From: a virus
Lineage: Duplodnaviria; Heunggongvirae; Uroviricota; Caudoviricetes
Length of the DNA: 3,599 nucleotides
IMG/VR virus record: IMGVR_UViG_2698536484_000040
Strand: one strand, 5' to 3'
The translations under genes were made by a program, and so were the position numbers. Shown here in pieces: positions 1-3,599 of this stretch. The notes below the pieces were generated by a model that was not told the origin of the DNA, did not search any database, and saw only the letters and a list, made by a program, of their open reading frames with translations. How positions within the stretch are numbered: the first letter of the stretch is position 1; each line of letters opens with the position of its first letter.

Positions 1-662
<662 letters not shown>

Positions 663-663
663 T

Positions 664-786
664 GGGAATAAGCAGGTTGAATGCGATTACATGTTATCTG
701 CATTAAGGCGCATGGAGTTGAGAGGGCACCTTAATGAAATATATGACGGTGTGATTGTTAATAAGAAAGAAGGAAACGCGGCATGA
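664..786 (+). pseudogene. Possible 3' remnant of a prophage gene truncated by the IS insertion (open frame from the IS boundary to TGA 784-786)
   Basis: The frame is open from immediately after the IS end (...NKQVECDYMLSALRRMELRGHLNEIYDGVIVNKKEGNAA*). Its stop overlaps the ATG of the next gene in an ATGA arrangement (ATG 783-785, TGA 784-786), the usual coupling geometry in phage operons. There is no recognisable domain, and it could be non-coding leader. Confidence 0.25.
718..745 (+). promoter_or_regulatory. Candidate sigma70-like promoter upstream of the 783 gene (TTGAGA, 16-bp spacer, TATATG)
   Basis: Hexamers read by eye: -35-like TTGAGA at 718-723 and -10-like TATATG at 740-745. The -10 is imperfect (G at position 6). 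Purely a sequence-pattern guess. Confidence 0.2.
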
Positions 787-1541
787 TCACTATTACCAAA
801 GGGCGACTGCTGACAATCAAGCAGTGGCGCGAAACATACGGACCGGGTAGCAACGTTGTACTGCCAGCAGAAGAAGCGGAAGAACTGGCACGAATTGCAC
901 TGGTATCGCTGGAAGCAGAGCCGATGGCAAAGATTATAGCTCATTACCCATTAGGAGTTGACGTAGGCAAACAAAAGTTCGTACAGGCCATTGGAGAGCT
1001 TCCTGACTTTGGCGGATATCTATTTGCCGCCCCGCCAGCGCCGGTAGTGCCGGAAGAAGCAACTCCGGAAAACGTAGAAATGCTCTCTGGCTATGTTTCC
1101 ACGTACAAATTAACCGATAGCGAGCGCGATATTGCTGCCGAAATATGGAACGCCTGCCGCACCGCCATGCTTCAGTCCGGAAACTTTCGGGAAAGCAAGA
1201 ATTCGTCAACCAATAATTTTCGGGAAATCCCGGAAGCGTCAACCAGCTCTCCGGTAACTCCGGCTCTTCTGCCTGGTGGTTTCACCATTGAGGAGGCGAA
1301 GGAATTACATGAAGACCTGGTACGCAGCCACATAAGCAAGGCCTTAAGTGGCGAAAAGATGAAAAAGAAAGATCGCGATGCTGATTTGCGCTGGATTCAT
1401 GGCGTTATAGTTCAGGCAGCGTGGTTTGTAAAAGCATCACTGGAGCAGAATGCACTATCGGGCAACTCTCCGGTAACTCCGGATGGTTGGATAAGCTGTA
1501 GTGAGCGAATGCCGGACGACAGGCAGGAGGTGAATCAATGA
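783..1541 (+). CDS. Uncharacterised prophage early-region protein (252 aa) with a Pro/Ser/Thr-rich repetitive linker; its C-terminus stops right after a GWISCSERMPDD motif that resembles the start of a DUF551-type domain
   Basis: ATG at 783 is preceded by a GAAGGA Shine-Dalgarno (769-774, 8-nt spacing). The ORF is long and co-directional with xis-int. Internal in-frame direct repeats are present (see repeat features). Stop TGA 1539-1541 overlaps the ATG of the next ORF. The DUF551 resemblance is from memory of the WI...LP(E/D) motif, not a search. Confidence 0.75.
   Translation: MITITKGRLLTIKQWRETYGPGSNVVLPAEEAEELARIALVSLEAEPMAKIIAHYPLGVDVGKQKFVQAIGELPDFGGYLFAAPPAPVVPEEATPENVEMLSGYVSTYKLTDSERDIAAEIWNACRTAMLQSGNFRESKNSSTNNFREIPEASTSSPVTPALLPGGFTIEEAKELHEDLVRSHISKALSGEKMKKKDRDADLRWIHGVIVQAAWFVKASLEQNALSGNSPVTPDGWISCSERMPDDRQEVNQ
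1247..1263 (+). repeat. Copy 1 of a perfect 17-bp direct repeat ctctccggtaactccgg inside the 783-1541 CDS (encodes SSPVTP)
   Basis: Exact string match with 1466-1482, read directly from the sequence. The copies are 219 bp apart (73 codons), in the same frame. Confidence 0.95.
1466..1482 (+). repeat. Copy 2 of the perfect 17-bp direct repeat ctctccggtaactccgg (encodes NSPVTP)
   Basis: Exact string match with 1247-1263. The shorter core aactccgg also occurs at 1061-1068 (encoding ATPE). Confidence 0.95.
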
Positions 1542-1621
1542 GCTGGCCTGATGCAATCGTAACTCTGGGGGTGGTATTCGCAGCAGCGTTTGTTGTGTTC
1601 TCGATTTGTCGATGGGGATAA
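1538..1621 (+). CDS. Micro-ORF encoding a 27-aa hydrophobic peptide MSWPDAIVTLGVVFAAAFVVFSICRWG (predicted single transmembrane helix); not in the supplied ORF track
   Basis: AGGAGG Shine-Dalgarno at 1524-1529, 8 nt before ATG 1538. ATGA overlap with the stop of the upstream gene. Stop TAA 1619-1621 lies 4 nt before the next ATG (1626), so the ORF exactly fills the gap in an otherwise gap-free operon. The hydrophobic core AIVTLGVVFAAAFVVFSI is flanked by a polar N-terminus and a basic C-terminus. Confidence 0.45.
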   Translation: MSWPDAIVTLGVVFAAAFVVFSICRWG

Positions 1622-1625
1622 CCAC

Positions 1626-1868
1626 ATGTTCGCTTTGATTCAACGCGGTCAGATATACACGGACAGAGCTGGATACCCCGTGGTGATTACTCGCATCACT
1701 GAGCACTCAGTGTTCTTTCGACGGATGGACGGACGATCCGGGCGGGTACGCATTGGTGAGTTAAACTGCCTGTTCGAACATATTGACCACCAGGAGTACC
1801 GCAAAATTCTCGCGGACACTGAGCAGGAAAAGCACCTGAAAAAATTACGAGCCATAAAAAGGAAGTAA
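1626..1868 (+). CDS. Small prophage protein (80 aa), DUF4222-like
   Basis: ATG 1626 follows a GGGGA motif (1614-1618). The ORF track's 1590 start is a TTG that would overlap the micro-ORF, so ATG 1626 is preferred. The translation MFALIQRGQIYTDRAGYPVVITRITEHSVFFRRMDGRSGRVRIGELNCLFEHI... matches my recollection of the DUF4222 pattern seen in enterobacterial prophage early regions. Family call is from memory. Confidence 0.65.
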   Translation: MFALIQRGQIYTDRAGYPVVITRITEHSVFFRRMDGRSGRVRIGELNCLFEHIDHQEYRKILADTEQEKHLKKLRAIKRK

Positions 1869-1871
1869 AGA

Positions 1872-2006
1872 ATGAATAAAGCATTTGAACGATGGGTCCA
1901 CCAGCGTTACGGCAATCGCTATGACCTGACGCGAGATGTTGACGGCTTCTACTGTCGTGAAGTTGTGAAGCGAATGTTTGAAGTGTGGTGCCACTGCCGT
2001 GGATGA
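1872..2006 (+). CDS. Micro-ORF encoding a 44-aa Cys-containing protein MNKAFERWVHQRYGNRYDLTRDVDGFYCREVVKRMFEVWCHCRG; not in the supplied ORF track
   Basis: AAGGAAG Shine-Dalgarno at 1859-1865, 6 nt before ATG 1872; this spacer contains the TAA stop of the upstream gene. Stop TGA 2004-2006 lies 18 nt before the xis ATG. It fills the only remaining gap in the operon. There are three Cys (in CRE and CHC), with no recognisable family. Confidence 0.45.
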   Translation: MNKAFERWVHQRYGNRYDLTRDVDGFYCREVVKRMFEVWCHCRG

Positions 2007-2024
2007 AAATTTTATGAGGTTGGC

Positions 2025-2279
2025 ATGCAGACAATCATCTATCAGATAACCCCCAGCAAATGGTGTACGGAGAGAGTCCTCATTGCATCAACAGGGCTAA
2101 AGCCTGGCACCATTGAGCGGGCAAGAAGAAAGTCATGGATGCAGGGAAAAGAATACCGCCATTACGCTGTAGAAGGTGATCCGGGGCACTACAGTGAATG
2201 CCTGTACAACATCGAAGAAATTATGCGATGGATCGAAAACCAGAAACAACCAGGTGCCAAAAATGCAAGTTCCGGTTAA
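2025..2279 (+). CDS. xis: Excisionase-like protein (Xis; prophage excisionase-like family), directly upstream of the integrase
   Basis: 84-aa ORF with a GAGGT Shine-Dalgarno at 2016-2020. The translation has the ...TGLKPGTIERARRKSWMQGKEYRH... core that I associate with the enterobacterial prophage excisionase-like family. The xis-then-int order on one strand is the canonical lambdoid arrangement. Confidence 0.8.
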   Translation: MQTIIYQITPSKWCTERVLIASTGLKPGTIERARRKSWMQGKEYRHYAVEGDPGHYSECLYNIEEIMRWIENQKQPGAKNASSG

Positions 2280-2312
2280 CCTGTTAATGCTCCTGGACGT
2301 CTGGGAGGTTTA

Positions 2313-3599
2313 ATGAGTAACGCATCATACCCGACAGGCGTTGAAAACCATGGAGGATCACTCCGTATATGGTTTCACTATAATGGCAAACGTGTCAGAG
2401 AAAACCTCGGTGTTCCTGACACAGCCAAAAACCGGAAGATCGCTGGTGAACTTCGCACTTCCGTTTGTTTTGCAATCAGAATGGGGAGTTTCGACTACGC
2501 CGCGCAGTTCCCTAATTCCCCTAACCTGAAACACTTTGGTCTGGGAAAAAGAGAGATAACCGTTAAGGCACTTTCGGAAAAATGGTTGGACCTTAAGAAA
2601 ATTGAGATTTGTGCGAATGCACTTAATCGTTACCAGTCAGTAATTAAAAACATGTTGCCTATGTTGGGTGAGAAAAAACTGGTTTCATCCATAACAAAAG
2701 AGGATTTACTTTTCGCAAGGAGAGATTTGTTGACCGGTTACCAAAAGCTTTCTAATGGAAAGATTTCTTCCATAAAAGGGCGCTCAGTGGTCACAGTAAA
2801 CTACTATATGACAACCATAGCTGGAATGTTTCAATTTGCAACAGATAATGGTTATACCTCAGGAAACCCATTTAACGGTCTGGCACCCTTAAAAAAGTCC
2901 AAGGTAAAACCAGATCCTCTCACCCGTGACGAATTTATTCGTTTTATTGAAGCTTGCCGTCATCAACAAACAAAAAACCTGTGGATTCTCGCTGTATACA
3001 CGGGTATTCGTCACGGGGAGCTGGTATCGCTGGCATGGGAAGATATAGATCTTAAAGCAAGGACTATAACCATCCGTAGGAATTATACAAAACTTGGCGA
3101 ATTCACTCCACCAAAAACCGATGCTGGCACCGGAAGGACAATTCATCTGGTTCAACCAGCTATTGATGCTCTTAAAAGTCAGGCGGAAATGACCATGCTT
3201 GGAAAGCAACATTCTGTAGAGGTAAAGCAGAGGGAATATGGGAGAAGTACTGTGCATAAATGCACTTTTGTTTTTAGTCCTCAGGTAATAAAACAGCGGC
3301 AGTTTTCCGGACCGCACTATAAGGTTGACTCCATCAGGGAGTCATGGACAAGTATCTTAAAACGCGCAGGTCTGAGACACAGAAAATCGTACCAATCCAG
3401 GCATACTTATGCATGCTGGTCACTTGCCGCTGGAGCTAATCCTAGTTTTATCGCAAGCCAGATGGGCCACACAAACGCACAAATGGTATTCAATGTTTAC
3501 GGAGCATGGATGAAAGACAACAATCACGAACAGATAGAACTCCTTAACAAAAGACTATCTGAAAGTGTCCCATGTATGCCCCATAAGAAAGCTGGGTAA
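2313..3599 (+). CDS. int: Phage integrase, tyrosine site-specific recombinase (428 aa, complete), with an N-terminal arm-type DNA-binding region
   Basis: GGAGG Shine-Dalgarno at 2304-2308. Catalytic-domain motifs are present: LAVYTGIRHGELVSLAWEDIDL (Arg box), PPKTDAGTGRTIHL, SRHTYACWSLAAGANPSFIASQMGH (His/Arg box) and NVYGAWM (candidate catalytic Tyr). The N-terminus GSLRIWFHYNGKRVRENLG resembles the arm-binding domain of Rac-type (IntR-like) integrases as I recall them. Stop TAA at 3597-3599 coincides with the window end. Confidence 0.93.
   Translation: MSNASYPTGVENHGGSLRIWFHYNGKRVRENLGVPDTAKNRKIAGELRTSVCFAIRMGSFDYAAQFPNSPNLKHFGLGKREITVKALSEKWLDLKKIEICANALNRYQSVIKNMLPMLGEKKLVSSITKEDLLFARRDLLTGYQKLSNGKISSIKGRSVVTVNYYMTTIAGMFQFATDNGYTSGNPFNGLAPLKKSKVKPDPLTRDEFIRFIEACRHQQTKNLWILAVYTGIRHGELVSLAWEDIDLKARTITIRRNYTKLGEFTPPKTDAGTGRTIHLVQPAIDALKSQAEMTMLGKQHSVEVKQREYGRSTVHKCTFVFSPQVIKQRQFSGPHYKVDSIRESWTSILKRAGLRHRKSYQSRHTYACWSLAAGANPSFIASQMGHTNAQMVFNVYGAWMKDNNHEQIELLNKRLSESVPCMPHKKAG

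Noticed and set aside
1542-1621. Possibility that the DUF551-like domain of the 252-aa protein continues in another frame (frameshifted pseudogene)
   Set aside because: The same frame stops again 6 codons later, the third frame stops almost immediately, and the only open frame encodes a hydrophobic helix, which is not DUF551-like. A simple frameshift does not restore a soluble domain, so a mosaic junction is more likely than a recent frameshift.
1590-1625. TTG start at 1590 for the DUF4222-like gene, as given in the ORF track
   Set aside because: It would overlap the micro-ORF and lacks a Shine-Dalgarno. The in-frame ATG at 1626 has a GGGGA motif at suitable spacing and preserves the non-overlapping compact arrangement.
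687-2034. Minus-strand ORFs from the six-frame track (687-944, 934-1242, 1455-1706, 1649-1855, 1696-2034)
   Set aside because: All are antisense to, and fully overlapped by, the coherent + strand operon with good Shine-Dalgarno sites. They have no start-site support or recognisable motifs and are most likely shadow ORFs.
2291-2309. Possible hairpin ctcctggacgtctgggagg sequestering the integrase Shine-Dalgarno
   Set aside because: The complementarity is short and imperfect (the stem breaks after 2 bp at the outer ends), and there is no U-tract. Not convincing as a terminator or regulatory stem.
2025-2312. Lambda-style cII-dependent int promoter (TTGC-N6-TTGC) within xis
   Set aside because: No TTGC-N6-TTGC pair found by eye on the + strand in this interval, so no such regulatory site can be supported from sequence.
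2341-2529. Plus-strand 62-aa ORF overlapping the integrase 5' region in another frame
   Set aside because: Entirely nested within the integrase coding sequence in an alternative frame, with no independent ribosome-binding site or conservation argument.
2889-3317. Minus-strand 142-aa ORF inside the integrase gene
   Set aside because: Antisense to a confidently identified tyrosine recombinase; its translation is low-complexity with no motif. Shadow ORF.

Overview
The window holds the right end of an IS3-family insertion sequence (IS911-like, 5'-partial transposase OrfB plus terminal inverted repeat ending near 662) inserted into the early region of a lambdoid-type prophage. Downstream, all on the + strand and tightly packed, are six genes: an uncharacterised 252-aa repeat-bearing protein (783-1541), a 27-aa hydrophobic micro-ORF that the ORF track missed (1538-1621, ATGA-coupled, strong SD), a small DUF4222-like protein (1626-1868), a second untracked 44-aa Cys-containing micro-ORF (1872-2006), an excisionase-like Xis (2025-2279) and a complete tyrosine integrase (2313-3599) ending at the window edge. 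The best candidate for something undescribed is the four-gene cassette between the IS and xis-int, especially the coupled small membrane peptide and the internally repeated 252-aa protein. Family assignments rest on my recollection of protein families and motifs, not on any search, and all functional suggestions are hypotheses.
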